From: Dehalococcoidia bacterium
Lineage (GTDB): Bacteria > Chloroflexota > Dehalococcoidia > Lucifugimonadales > UBA3495
Direction of reading: 5' to 3'
DNA length: 64,000 nucleotides
NCBI GenBank assembly: GCA_030740155.1
Contig: JASLXV010000025.1
Coordinates: forward strand, 1 to 64,000
The first letter of the stretch is position 1. Each line of letters begins with the position of its first letter. Both the position numbers and the translations under genes were made by a program. Shown here piece after piece: positions 38,523 through 48,505 of this stretch. Under the pieces are notes generated by a model. It saw only the letters and a program-made list of their open reading frames with translations. It ran no database searches and had not been told where the DNA came from.

Positions 38523-38785
38523 GGGCCTCTCGCGGATCCTTGTCCAGGTTGCGGTTTCGGGCCGGCGCCCAGCCGTCGTCATGGCTCCACCGGCTTGCAG
38601 GGCGCCCGCGCCAGCATGACCCGGCGTGTCCAACGGAAACATCCGGTGGGAATCGATATTGAATACAATATTATAGTTGACTTAGGGACAGGAAACAACG
38701 AACCATGTCCGATGGCGTCCGAGGCCCGTGCTTTGCTCCGGCCTTCCCGTGAAGGACCCGCTGCAGCGCCCCGTCCAGGCCATGT

Positions 38786-39541
38786 TTATTGGGCCGTGGT
38801 GCCCCCGTCGATTACCAACTCGGCGCCGGTGACGAACGACGACTCGTCGGAGGCCAGATAGAGGACCCCGTAGGCGATGTCTTCGGGCGTCCCCACCCTG
38901 CCCATGGGCAACCGCCGCATCCGTTGTTCCAATTTTTCAGGATCGTTAATGGTGTCCCGAATCATGGGCGTGTCGATCGGCCCGGGATGGACGGAGTTGC
39001 ACCTGATGTTGTCTTTGGCGTGCTGTATAGCAGTGGACTTGGTGAAGAGGCGGACCGCCCCCTTAGTGGCGGTGTAGCCGGCGCCGCCCTGGGGGCTGGC
39101 CACCAGCCCCGCGGTGGAAGAGATGTTGACGATGGAGCCCCCGCCGGCCTGTCGCATGGCGGGGATGGCTTCTTTGGTGCCCAGGAACACCCCCTTGGCG
39201 TTTACGGCCATAATGCGGTCCCATTCCTCTTCGGTGGTGTCCTCGATGCTCTTGCGGATGAGAATCCCGGCGTTGTTCACCAGGACATTCAGCTTGCCGT
39301 AGCGGCCGATCGCGGTTTCGACGGCCGCCCGCCAGTCGGCCGCACGGGTCACGTCCAGGTGAACGTAGATGGCTTCGTTGCCCGCCTCCAGAATCTCCGC
39401 CTCCACCCTCTTGCCTTCGTCGTCCAGCAAGTCTCCGAAGACCACCTTGGCGCCCTCTTTGGCCATCATCTTGGCTTCGACGGCCCCCTGCCCCCTGGCC
39501 CCGCCGCTGATCAGCACTACCTTTCCTTCCAGTCTGCCCAT
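38786..39541 (-). CDS. SDR family oxidoreductase
   Basis: SGGARGQG, NNAG and YTATK motifs. Confidence 0.95.
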   Translation of the reverse strand: MGRLEGKVVLISGGARGQGAVEAKMMAKEGAKVVFGDLLDDEGKRVEAEILEAGNEAIYVHLDVTRAADWRAAVETAIGRYGKLNVLVNNAGILIRKSIEDTTEEEWDRIMAVNAKGVFLGTKEAIPAMRQAGGGSIVNISSTAGLVASPQGGAGYTATKGAVRLFTKSTAIQHAKDNIRCNSVHPGPIDTPMIRDTINDPEKLEQRMRRLPMGRVGTPEDIAYGVLYLASDESSFVTGAELVIDGGTTAQ

Positions 39542-39817
39542 TCGTACCTCCGTCTCCGTGCGCCCCATCCACGTGGACGTGCCGCGCTACTTCCACACGT
39601 GTTACCGCCATTCCAGTTGGGAAAGGCGGATCGGTGCCCTGTCTACCCGACGGGGTTTGCCTTGCTCGCCCGGCCGGAGTGATTCTCCAAATGTTTCCAG
39701 CGTGGATAGGCTGGCGACGGTAGGCTTGCTATCGACAGCCGGCCGGACCGGCCTTTACCGGCAAGGTCCGATATATACAAGGGCCGCCGCCGGTCACCAC
39801 CGCGTAGACCGGCCCGG

Positions 39818-40246
39818 CTAGCCCGATGCCGCGGTCCCTCCAGTCTGTTGGCCGCCGAACCGGCGGCGATGCACCCGGAGGGTTCAATCGTCCATGACCA
39901 CCGGGATGCCGGCCCGCTCGGCTTTGGCCGCCCCTTCGTGATCGATGACGCCGTCTTGCAGCCAGATGTACTTGACGCCCACCTCAATGGCCTCGTCAAT
40001 CACCGGGGGCACAAGTTCGGACCGCCGGAAAACATCTACCATGTCGATGGGCACCGGGACCGATTTCAGGTCCGGGTAGCTCTTCTCACCGAGGGCCTCC
40101 TCGATCATGGGGTTCACCGGGATGATGCGGTACCCCTGGTCCTGCATGTACTTGGACACCCGGTAGCTGGTCCGCTCCGGGTTGCCGGACAGGCCCACGA
40201 CGGCGATGGTCTTGCTGTTGCGCAGCTGTTCCTCGACCAGATCCAT
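39818..40246 (-). CDS. YccU-like CoA-binding selenoprotein candidate, 142 aa, U121
   Basis: IAVVGLS, PVNP, DVFRRSE and WLQDG motifs; VVMDD-TGA-TLRVHRR matches the family's C-terminal VMDRC...H motif; the next stop is TAG 39818-39820. Confidence 0.82.
39851..39867 (-). promoter_or_regulatory. Putative SECIS element for the CoA-binding protein UGA
   Basis: GCCGCC-GGTTC-GGCGGC; loop 22 nt after the UGA. Confidence 0.7.
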
Positions 40247-40310
40247 GGCTACCTCCCTCTCAATGTGGTTTCCAGCGGCGTTCGCCGGCCGCCGGCATAG
40301 GGACTCCTGG

Positions 40311-41057
40311 CTAGCCGGTAACCGAGATGCCACCGAAATTCAAGGTTCCGGTGATGGTGAGCACACCCGTGGCTTCTCCCGGAGCGGGTTGTTGGCGCTT
40401 GAGCAGCGCCTCTCCAGCCACCGGGGACACTTCAAGGTTGACGGTCCAGCCGGGGGGCACTCGTATATCAAGTCCGCCGAAGAAAACGGTCACCTCGAGG
40501 GTCGCCTTATCCCCCGCGAGCCTGGCTCCGGTTAAGTCCAACTCGACACCGCCGAAAATGGCCGTTGCCTGTAGGAACTTGAACTCTTGGGACGTGACGC
40601 GCTCTTCGGCGCCCGAGAAGAAGGCCCTCACCGCATTATCCCCGGAACCATGGCTCCGGGCCCGTCGGCCCTCTGAAATGAGATTCGAGATTCTTCGGAC
40701 GCCGGTTCTCCGGCGCCACCCGCGGCGTCCGCCGGTGAACCCGCGGAGCAGCAATACCGCGCCCGGCACTATCACGAAGACGGGCCAAAACTCTCCAACA
40801 CTCCAGGAAACGGCGTCTAGCTCTATGAGCAAGAACAAGATTCCGAGGGTCAGGACGATCAGTGGCATTAGCCTGAACTGGAAGCCACGAGCGCCCAGCC
40901 GCCACAGCCCCGCCGCAATGAGCAGCACCGGCCAGTAGGTCCCGAAAACGGAGGTATCTTCACCCAGGGCGTCGGTGGTATCCATCAGGAGCATAACGCC
41001 GATGCTGAGCAGCATCAGGCCGATGAAGGCGCTACTGGAAAGCCATGGGTAGCTCAT
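40311..41057 (-). CDS. LiaF-like membrane protein
   Basis: Four transmembrane segments with repeated WPV motifs; C-terminal AIFGGVELDL / FFGGLDIRVP repeats. Confidence 0.75.
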   Translation of the reverse strand: MSYPWLSSSAFIGLMLLSIGVMLLMDTTDALGEDTSVFGTYWPVLLIAAGLWRLGARGFQFRLMPLIVLTLGILFLLIELDAVSWSVGEFWPVFVIVPGAVLLLRGFTGGRRGWRRRTGVRRISNLISEGRRARSHGSGDNAVRAFFSGAEERVTSQEFKFLQATAIFGGVELDLTGARLAGDKATLEVTVFFGGLDIRVPPGWTVNLEVSPVAGEALLKRQQPAPGEATGVLTITGTLNFGGISVTG

Positions 41058-41130
41058 TTCGGCACCCCCTGGGCACCCGCTGCCTCCCGGAGGGATGGCT
41101 TGCGGCGGGTTAAAGGCTCTCTTCTATTCT

Positions 41131-42057
41131 CTACCAGTCCCGGCCCTTGATGTATTTGAATGCGGCGGTGGCGGCGGTGGCGCCGTCTCCGGCCGAAGAC
41201 GCCAGCTTGGCTGCCGAGTACTGGCGGATGTCGCCGGCCGCGTATAACCCTGGCACCTCGGTCTCCATGGAGATGTTGACGGGGATGTGGCCGGCCCCGT
41301 CAACCCGGAGCAGGCCCTTGACCAGCTGCGAATTGGGCTCCAACCCCACGTAGACGAAGAGGCCCGTCACCTCCACCAGGTTCTCCAGGTTGGTCACCAC
41401 GTTGCGGACCTTGACCCCGGAAACCACGTCTCCTCCTTGCACTTCCTCGATCTGGGTATTCCAGACCACCTCAATCTTGCGGTTGGCTCTTACCCGGTCC
41501 TGCAAGACCTTCTGCGCCCGCAGCTGGTCTCGCCGGTGGAAGAGCAGCACCCGGTCGACGTATTCGGTGAGAGTCAGGGCCTCGTCGGCCGCCGCGTCGC
41601 CGCCGCCGGCGACGCCGACGACCTGGCCCATGTACATTGGACCATCGCAGGTCGCGCAGTGGGACACCCCGCGGCCGTAGTACTCGTCCTCGCCCGGTAT
41701 TCCCAGTTTGCGCGCGGTGGAGCCGGCGGCGACGATTACCGCCTTAGCCCGGTAGTCGCCCGAATCGGTGGAGACCACCTTGTACTGGCCGTCCATCGAG
41801 ACTCCGGAGGCCTCGCTCATAATCAACTCGGCGCCGGCGTCCATTGCCTGGACCTGAACCGTGGGACCCAACTCGGAACCGGAAATCCCATCTGGGAAAC
41901 CGGGGAAGTTTTCGATCTTCTCGATGTTGATGATCTGCGCACCACCCATCATCTGCTCAATCAACCCTGTGGACAGTCCGTACCGGGCGCCGAACATCGC
42001 CGCGGTCATTCCGGCCAGGCCGCCGCCGATCACCAGAACGTCGTAGTCTTTAGCCAA
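41131..42057 (-). CDS. trxB: Thioredoxin-disulfide reductase
   Basis: GGGLAG, ENFPGF, HCATCDG and AAGDIR motifs; TTG start with AAGGAGG. Confidence 0.9.
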   Translation of the reverse strand: MAKDYDVLVIGGGLAGMTAAMFGARYGLSTGLIEQMMGGAQIINIEKIENFPGFPDGISGSELGPTVQVQAMDAGAELIMSEASGVSMDGQYKVVSTDSGDYRAKAVIVAAGSTARKLGIPGEDEYYGRGVSHCATCDGPMYMGQVVGVAGGGDAAADEALTLTEYVDRVLLFHRRDQLRAQKVLQDRVRANRKIEVVWNTQIEEVQGGDVVSGVKVRNVVTNLENLVEVTGLFVYVGLEPNSQLVKGLLRVDGAGHIPVNISMETEVPGLYAAGDIRQYSAAKLASSAGDGATAATAAFKYIKGRDW

Positions 42058-42258
42058 GATGGGGACCTCCTTGATACTGCCGATTCTTGCCAATTCTACA
42101 GGGTTACTATATCGGCGGCCAGTTTTGAGTGTCAACCGGGCGTTGGGCGTTGCGCCTACGGTGGCAGGAGCCTAAAATGGTATCCAAATGGCCCGTGCAT
42201 GTCTTTCACCCACTGTGGGCCCTGTGGTGATTCGTAACGCTGTCTGGAAGGTTAGCTG

Positions 42259-44112
42259 ATGCGCCAAGGAGAGCCTGCTCCTGCGGGGGCTTACCAGGTC
42301 TACAGCGAACACAACACCATGGTGGCCATGCGCGACGAGGTACACCTGGCGGCGGACATTCACCGTCCTGCTCTGGACGGCCGGCCTCAGGACGGCCCTT
42401 TCCCCGTCCTGCTCTGCCGCACCCCCTACAACAAGTCGGCTGAGGTCAGGGCCCTGGAGGCCGGCTTCTTCACGGTCCGAGGATACGTTACCGTGCTCCA
42501 GGACTGCCGGGGAAGGTACGCATCAGGAGGGGGCTTCACCAAGTACGTGGACGAAGCCCGCGATGGCTTCGACACGCTGGATTGGCTGGCCCGGCAACCC
42601 TGGTGCAACGGCAAGATCGGCACCTACGGCCTTTCCTACAGCGCTCACACTCAGGCGGCGCTGGCCTGCCTGAATCCGCCGAACTTGACCTGCATGTGGC
42701 TGGAGTCAGGCGGGTTCTCGAACGCGTTCCTCAGCGGTTGCCGTTATGGCGGCGCCTTCGAGTTGAGACAGGTCACCTGGGCGTTCCGGGAAGCCAAGGA
42801 AAGCCAGGGGGTCCACGCCCACCCGCTGGTGGCCAAGGCCGCGATTGAAAACCAGAACATCCACGATTGGTTCCGGCGACTGCCCTGGAAAAAGGGCCAT
42901 TCCCCCTTGCGCTGGACGCCGGATTACGAGAACTACCTGATGGAAATCTGGAGCCGGGAGACCTTCGACGACTTCTGGCGGCAGACCGGCCTCTGCGCCG
43001 AAACGCATTACGCCGAGTTCGCCGGCGTGCCCCAAGTGCACATGGGAAGCTGGTACGACCCCTACGCCCGCAGTACCACTGACAACTACCTGGCCCTTTC
43101 TCGGGAAAAGCCGGGCCCGGTGAGCCTGATCATGGGACCCTGGACCCATGGCGCCCGGTCCGTGACCCACGCCGGCGATGCCGACCTGGGTCCGCTGTCA
43201 ATCCTGGACAACAACCTGGGCCGGGACTACAACCACCTGCGCCTCCGCTTCTTCGACCACTGGCTCAAGGGCATCGAAAATGGTTGGGAAGATGAGCCTC
43301 ACGTGAGAATCTTCGTTATGGGCGGCGGGTCCGGGCGGCGCAACTCCCACCGGCGGCTCGACCACGGGGGCAGCTGGCGGGCCGAACGGGAATGGCCCCT
43401 GGCCCGGGCCATAAACACCGCTTTCTACCTTCAGCCGGGTGGGGGTTTGTCCACCGAGTCCGCCCCAGGGTCTCATCCCCCCAGCAGGTACCTCTTTGAC
43501 CCGGATCGGCCCGTGCCCACTATCGGAGGAAACATCTCTTCGGGCACGCCGATCATGGAACCAGGCGGTTTCGACCAGAGGGAGGCGCCCGAGTTTCACG
43601 GCTGCAGTCCTCCGTACCTGCCGCTTGCGGCGCGTTCGGACGTGCTGCCGTTCCAGACCGATCTCCTGCCCGAAGACCTGGAGATTACCGGCCCCATCTC
43701 GGTGCATCTGTGGATCGAGTCTTCAGCGGTGGACACCGACTTTACCGCCAAGCTGGTGGACGTTTACCCTCCGTCCTCCGACTACCCCGAGGGCTACGCT
43801 CTGAACCTGTGCGACGGCATCCTGCGGACCAAGTTCCGGAACTCCTGGGAGAACCCCGATCTGATGGAGCCCGGAACGGTTTACCCGGTCACGGTACAGC
43901 TACTGCCCGTCAGCAACCTTTTTGTCCGGGGGCACCGCATCCGGGTGGACATTTCCTCCAGCAACTTTCCCCGCTTCGACGTCAACGGAAACACCGGGGA
44001 GAACCCGGCCACCTCTCCGGTCAGAATCCCTGCCCTGAACAGCGTGTACCACGATGCCGAACACCCCTCCCACGCTCTCTTGCCGGTGGTTCCGGCGGGC
44101 GGATCGCGGTAG
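42259..44112 (+). CDS. CocE/NonD family serine hydrolase
   Basis: RTPYNK, QDCRGR, GLSYS, GPWTH and SSSNFPRF motifs. Confidence 0.93.
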   Translation: MRQGEPAPAGAYQVYSEHNTMVAMRDEVHLAADIHRPALDGRPQDGPFPVLLCRTPYNKSAEVRALEAGFFTVRGYVTVLQDCRGRYASGGGFTKYVDEARDGFDTLDWLARQPWCNGKIGTYGLSYSAHTQAALACLNPPNLTCMWLESGGFSNAFLSGCRYGGAFELRQVTWAFREAKESQGVHAHPLVAKAAIENQNIHDWFRRLPWKKGHSPLRWTPDYENYLMEIWSRETFDDFWRQTGLCAETHYAEFAGVPQVHMGSWYDPYARSTTDNYLALSREKPGPVSLIMGPWTHGARSVTHAGDADLGPLSILDNNLGRDYNHLRLRFFDHWLKGIENGWEDEPHVRIFVMGGGSGRRNSHRRLDHGGSWRAEREWPLARAINTAFYLQPGGGLSTESAPGSHPPSRYLFDPDRPVPTIGGNISSGTPIMEPGGFDQREAPEFHGCSPPYLPLAARSDVLPFQTDLLPEDLEITGPISVHLWIESSAVDTDFTAKLVDVYPPSSDYPEGYALNLCDGILRTKFRNSWENPDLMEPGTVYPVTVQLLPVSNLFVRGHRIRVDISSSNFPRFDVNGNTGENPATSPVRIPALNSVYHDAEHPSHALLPVVPAGGSR

Positions 44113-44133
44113 CGTTTGCCGGCGTTTCGGCCC

Positions 44134-44724
44134 TCATCCACGGCGCAGCATCATCATGTACTGGTCGCCGTTCAGGTCGCGCCATCCTCGTGATCTGAAG
44201 CCCGCTTCGGCAGCCAGAGCTTCCAGGTCCGCCGGGTCTATCCGGCGTTCCAGAGGCGGTCCGTCTCCGGTTTCCTTGCGGTACCACTCCAAGATGGTGC
44301 ACCAACCCCGGGGATGAAGCAGTTCTCGCACGGCGCCCAGCAGCCGGGCCTGGTCCGGGCTGTGGTGGACCATGAAGGCCAGGAAGGCCCCATCCAAGGA
44401 GCCCTTCTCCAGCGGGAATTCAAACTCATCGCACTTTACTACCTCAACGTTGCCCAGTCGGGCCAGGGCTACGGTCTCCTGGCAAGCGGCCACCATTTCC
44501 TCGTCGATATCCAGCGCATAGAGCTTGCCGTTGACCAGGTACTTGGCCAGAGGCACCGTGAAGAAACCGGGCCCACAGCCGATGTCTGCTACCGTGTCGT
44601 GGAGGTTGATTCCGCTGAAGCTCAGAATGGGGAAGGGGTCCAGCCGTTCGCTTCGCTCCGGCGCCATAAGAGCACGGATGAACTCCTGAGTGGTCATGTG
44701 CTTGGACTCAAACTCGGACGACAT
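44134..44724 (-). CDS. Class I SAM-dependent methyltransferase
   Basis: VADIGCGPG and YALDID motifs. Confidence 0.88.
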   Translation of the reverse strand: MSSEFESKHMTTQEFIRALMAPERSERLDPFPILSFSGINLHDTVADIGCGPGFFTVPLAKYLVNGKLYALDIDEEMVAACQETVALARLGNVEVVKCDEFEFPLEKGSLDGAFLAFMVHHSPDQARLLGAVRELLHPRGWCTILEWYRKETGDGPPLERRIDPADLEALAAEAGFRSRGWRDLNGDQYMMMLRRG

Positions 44725-45053
44725 CGCTTCACCCCTCCTACTGATATTAATTTACATTAGGTGGTGCGGCGGCGCAATCGGCACAAGCCGCGAGGTTACG
44801 ACGGCCTCAGGTCCGGCGATGCTAGACGCCACGGCATGGCGCCCCGATGGGCCTGGAATTTTGGCCGGAGGGCCGTGGCGGTAAAGGCCGCGGCGGGTAC
44901 TGCTGGACTCCCGGTGGATGTGGGTTCCGCCCGGTGAAAGACCTTGGCCACAGGAGGAAATAGGGGTGCCCACCCTACCTCTCAGAGGGTTGGAGCAGTG
45001 ACAATTAGAGAAGACTTGCAAAGGCAAACCGAGAGGAGGCCGGGGGCCTGCAT

Positions 45054-45287
45054 ATGCAGAAGGCTGCAATCCTAATTGTAATCTTTATGGCGGTCGGGGC
45101 CGTAGGTCTGGCCACGATTATCTGGACCTCGTTCAACGGACGAGAAAACGCGACCGTATCGAGGGATATACTGGCAACCAAGACCGCTGAGCTACGGGAC
45201 CCGTCGAGCTTCAGCCAATATCCCGATTCTAGCAGCACCGAGCTGGAGAGCGCTTCGTCGGTTACCCCGACTTCAACGCCGGAGTAG
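45054..45287 (+). CDS. Small hypothetical membrane-anchored protein
   Basis: N-terminal hydrophobic helix, Ser/Thr-rich tail and an upstream GAGGAGG. Confidence 0.45.
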   Translation: MQKAAILIVIFMAVGAVGLATIIWTSFNGRENATVSRDILATKTAELRDPSSFSQYPDSSSTELESASSVTPTSTPE

Positions 45288-45552
45288 CAGAAACGGGGAC
45301 GGGCCAGCTGGGTTTGCCGTGAACAATTAGATCGTGAAACCCGGAAGAGCGGGACGTGGCGCCGGCCCTCACCAATGCTTCCAACCGCACTCGCTCCAGG
45401 ACGTGCGCTGGAGCCTCGAAGCCGAAGATGGACCGCATCAGTCGCTGTGATCCCGTGACGTGGATAAAAGGGCGACGGATACATTTCTGGCGCCGGGCTT
45501 TTCGGAAGCCGGTCCAGGTGAGTACTGGCACGCCTGCCGCCATCTCAATTCG

Positions 45553-45581
45553 TTGACAGCCCGATAGGCCGGGCGTACACT
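45553..45581 (+). promoter_or_regulatory. Sigma70-type promoter of glyA
   Basis: TTGACA-N17-TACACT. Confidence 0.7.
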
Positions 45582-45689
45582 ACGCACTGACTTGGGCTCA
45601 AGCTCCGCTGCCCACGGTAGGGTTTCTGTTGCCACTTGCAATGCCGCTGGCAAGACAGGAGCGTAGGAGGCCGTTGTCAGGAGATGGGG

Positions 45690-46934
45690 ATGTCCGCCAT
45701 TGCCGAACGAGACCCCGAGGTCGCCCGGGCTATTCAGCAGGAAGATGAACGCCAGCGTAACAGCATCGTGCTGATCGCGGCGGAAAACTACGCCAGCAAG
45801 GCGGTCCTGGAAGCCCAATCCGGGGTGATGAACAACAAATACGCCGAGGGATATCCGGGGAGACGTTACTACGGCGGCTGTCAGTACGTGGACGTGGTGG
45901 AAACCCTGGCGCTCCAACGGGCCAAGGCAATATTTGGACCCGAACACGTCAATGTGCAACCCCACAGCGGCGCTCAGGCTAACATGGCAGCCTACTTCGC
46001 CCTGCTTGAGCCCGGCGACAAAGTGATGGGGATGCAGTTGGACCACGGCGGCCACCTGACCCATGGGGCCTCGGTCAACTTTTCCGGAAAGCTCTACAAC
46101 TTCATTCCCTACGGAGTAGACCGGGACACCGAGACGATAAACTACGATGAGCTGGAGCGGATGGCTCTGGAGCATCGTCCCAAGCTGATCGTCGCCGGGT
46201 GCAGCGCCTATTCTCGAATCCTGGACTTCCCCCGGTTTCGCGCCATTGCCGACCGGGTGGACGCCAAACTGATGGTGGACATGGCCCACATTGCCGGTTT
46301 GGTGGCCGGCGGAGCGCATCCCTCGCCACTGCCGTACGCCCATGTCGTCACTTCCACCACCCAGAAGAGCCTTCGCGGCCCCAGGGGCGGGTTCATCCTC
46401 GCCACCGAGGAATTGGCGCGCAAGGTAAACTTTGCCGTGTTTCCCTACACCCAGGGCGGGCCCTTGATGCATGTTATCGCGGCCAAGGCCATCTGCTTTG
46501 GAGAAGCCTTGGACCCGGCATTCGCCCAGTATGCGTCCCAGGTGGTGGAGAACTCCCGCACCCTGGCCCAAGACCTCTCCGAGGCGGGATTCCGGTTGGT
46601 TTCCGGCGGTACCGACAACCACCTGTCGCTGATTGATCTGACGCCTTTGGGCATCACGGGGCAGGAGGCGGAAACCGCCCTGGAGAAGGTCGGAATAGTC
46701 GTCAACAAGAACGCCATCCCCTACGATGCCAAGCCGCCGAGGGTCGCCAGCGGCCTTCGTCTCGGCACCCCCGCCATCACCAGCAGGGGGTTCGATCAAA
46801 AGGCGGTCCGGAGGGTGGCCCGCATGATAGTCGACGTTCTCACCGCAATGGGGGACGAGAAAGTGCAACGCCGGGTCGCCGAGGAAGTACGCGATCTGGC
46901 TCCGCGATATCCGGTGCCCGGTTTGGACCTATAG
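45690..46934 (+). CDS. glyA: Serine hydroxymethyltransferase
   Basis: [28 protein letters not shown] and [12 protein letters not shown] motifs. Confidence 0.97.
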   Translation: MSAIAERDPEVARAIQQEDERQRNSIVLIAAENYASKAVLEAQSGVMNNKYAEGYPGRRYYGGCQYVDVVETLALQRAKAIFGPEHVNVQPHSGAQANMAAYFALLEPGDKVMGMQLDHGGHLTHGASVNFSGKLYNFIPYGVDRDTETINYDELERMALEHRPKLIVAGCSAYSRILDFPRFRAIADRVDAKLMVDMAHIAGLVAGGAHPSPLPYAHVVTSTTQKSLRGPRGGFILATEELARKVNFAVFPYTQGGPLMHVIAAKAICFGEALDPAFAQYASQVVENSRTLAQDLSEAGFRLVSGGTDNHLSLIDLTPLGITGQEAETALEKVGIVVNKNAIPYDAKPPRVASGLRLGTPAITSRGFDQKAVRRVARMIVDVLTAMGDEKVQRRVAEEVRDLAPRYPVPGLDL

Positions 46935-47007
46935 TTGAGCCGCCCAGGCTCCGATGCTATAATCTCTGTACTTATGAATTCCTTGTGGGTTCCTTGTGGG
47001 GTTTTTC

Positions 47008-47586
47008 TTGCGTCATTATGAACTTGTAGTCATCCTTAGCCCAATGCTGAATCAGGATCAGGCGTCCGATACTTGGGGACGTATCAAGTCATTTATCAGT
47101 GACCGGAGTGGGGATATTAACCATGAAGAAAAATGGGGCACCCGCCGGTTAGCCTATCCCATTCGCAAAGGGCAGTACCAATTCCTGGAGGGCAGCTACC
47201 ACCTGACCCGTTTCAGCACCGACCAGCCCTTCAACATAGAGTTGGAAAAGTTCCTCCGGCTCGATGATCAGGTGCTGCGCTCATTGGTGGTCGTCGCGCC
47301 ACCTCTGGGCGCCATTCCTCAACCGCCGCCCGTAGCGGTGGCGGCGGTGGCAGAGGCCACCCCGGCTGCTGCCGAAGAGGCCCCAGCCGAGGCGGCGGAG
47401 CCGGTGGCGGAAGTGGCGGTTGTCGAAGAAGAAGCTCCGGCGGAAGCTGTCGCTGAAGAGGCCCCGGCCGAAGTAGAGGAGCCGGTGGCGGAAGCTGCGG
47501 TTGTTGAAGAAGAAGCCCCGGCGGAAGCGGATGCGGCGGCCGAGGAACCGGCTGACGAGACCAAACCGGATGGCAGCCTGGGCTAA
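47008..47586 (+). CDS. rpsF: 30S ribosomal protein S6 with a long Ala/Glu tail
   Basis: RHYELVVILSP and WGTRRLAYPI motifs; start codon is uncertain. Confidence 0.93.
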   Translation: MRHYELVVILSPMLNQDQASDTWGRIKSFISDRSGDINHEEKWGTRRLAYPIRKGQYQFLEGSYHLTRFSTDQPFNIELEKFLRLDDQVLRSLVVVAPPLGAIPQPPPVAVAAVAEATPAAAEEAPAEAAEPVAEVAVVEEEAPAEAVAEEAPAEVEEPVAEAAVVEEEAPAEADAAAEEPADETKPDGSLG

Positions 47587-47595
47587 GGGGGGCGC

Positions 47596-48012
47596 TTGAA
47601 CAAGATAATCGTCATCGGCAACCTAGGCAGAGACCCGGAGATGCGGTACACTCCGTCGGGCCAGGCAGTTACGTCGTTTAGCGTGGCCTCCACGCGGCGC
47701 TATACCACCTCCTCAGGGGAGCGGCGAGACGAAACCGAGTGGTTCAACGTCAGCGCCTGGGGCAAGCTGGCCGAGTTGTGTAATCAATGGCTGACCAAGG
47801 GACGTCAGGTGTACGTGGAGGGGAGACTGCACAGCCGCAGCTTTGAAGGCCGTGACGGGCTGATGCGTTTTGTGAACGAGATCAACCTGACCGATGTACA
47901 GTTCTTGAGCCGCGGGGCGGGCGGTGGCGACGAGGCGTCCGCATACGGGGCAGATAACGATATTGAGGAGGCAAGTCCGGCAGGTGACGCCGTTGACGAC
48001 CTTCCGTTCTAA
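47596..48012 (+). CDS. ssb: Single-stranded DNA-binding protein
   Basis: NKIIVIGNLGRDPE motif and C-terminal DDLPF. Confidence 0.97.
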   Translation: MNKIIVIGNLGRDPEMRYTPSGQAVTSFSVASTRRYTTSSGERRDETEWFNVSAWGKLAELCNQWLTKGRQVYVEGRLHSRSFEGRDGLMRFVNEINLTDVQFLSRGAGGGDEASAYGADNDIEEASPAGDAVDDLPF

Positions 48013-48063
48013 CCTAACCTTTCAACTCCAACCTTCAAGTTCCGTCGGAGGATCGCAGCAAGT

Positions 48064-48396
48064 ATGACATCATATGCATCGCGAGGACCAGGTGGTCAAG
48101 GCGGCCGGCCAGGGGGCCGGCCAGGTGGGCGTCCGGGAGGGCGTCCCAGAGGCCGGTACGCTCCTCGCCGGCGGGTCTGCGCTTTTTGTGTCGAACACGT
48201 GAAGCTGATTGATTACAAGAACGTCGATCAAATGCGCCGGTACCTCTCGGACCGGGCCAAGATAGAACCGCGCCGCAAGACCGGCGTGTGCGCCAAGCAC
48301 CAACGGACACTGAGGCTCGCGATTCACAGGGCACGGTACCTAGCATTGGTTCCCTTCGTGGCGTTCCACTCCGGGGCCAGCGGACTCCGCCGCTAA
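48064..48396 (+). CDS. rpsR: 30S ribosomal protein S18
   Basis: CAFC, IDYKN and TGVCAKHQR motifs; N-terminal GGRP repeats. Confidence 0.96.
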   Translation: MTSYASRGPGGQGGRPGGRPGGRPGGRPRGRYAPRRRVCAFCVEHVKLIDYKNVDQMRRYLSDRAKIEPRRKTGVCAKHQRTLRLAIHRARYLALVPFVAFHSGASGLRR

Positions 48397-48505
48397 TACC
48401 TGCACCTCCGGGCCCACTGTGATCATCATATTGTCTGGCATGATCCAGCCACGCCGGTCCCTCGCGGTTGGATCTGCTCGTATCTGAAAACCCTGAGGCT
48501 TGATC

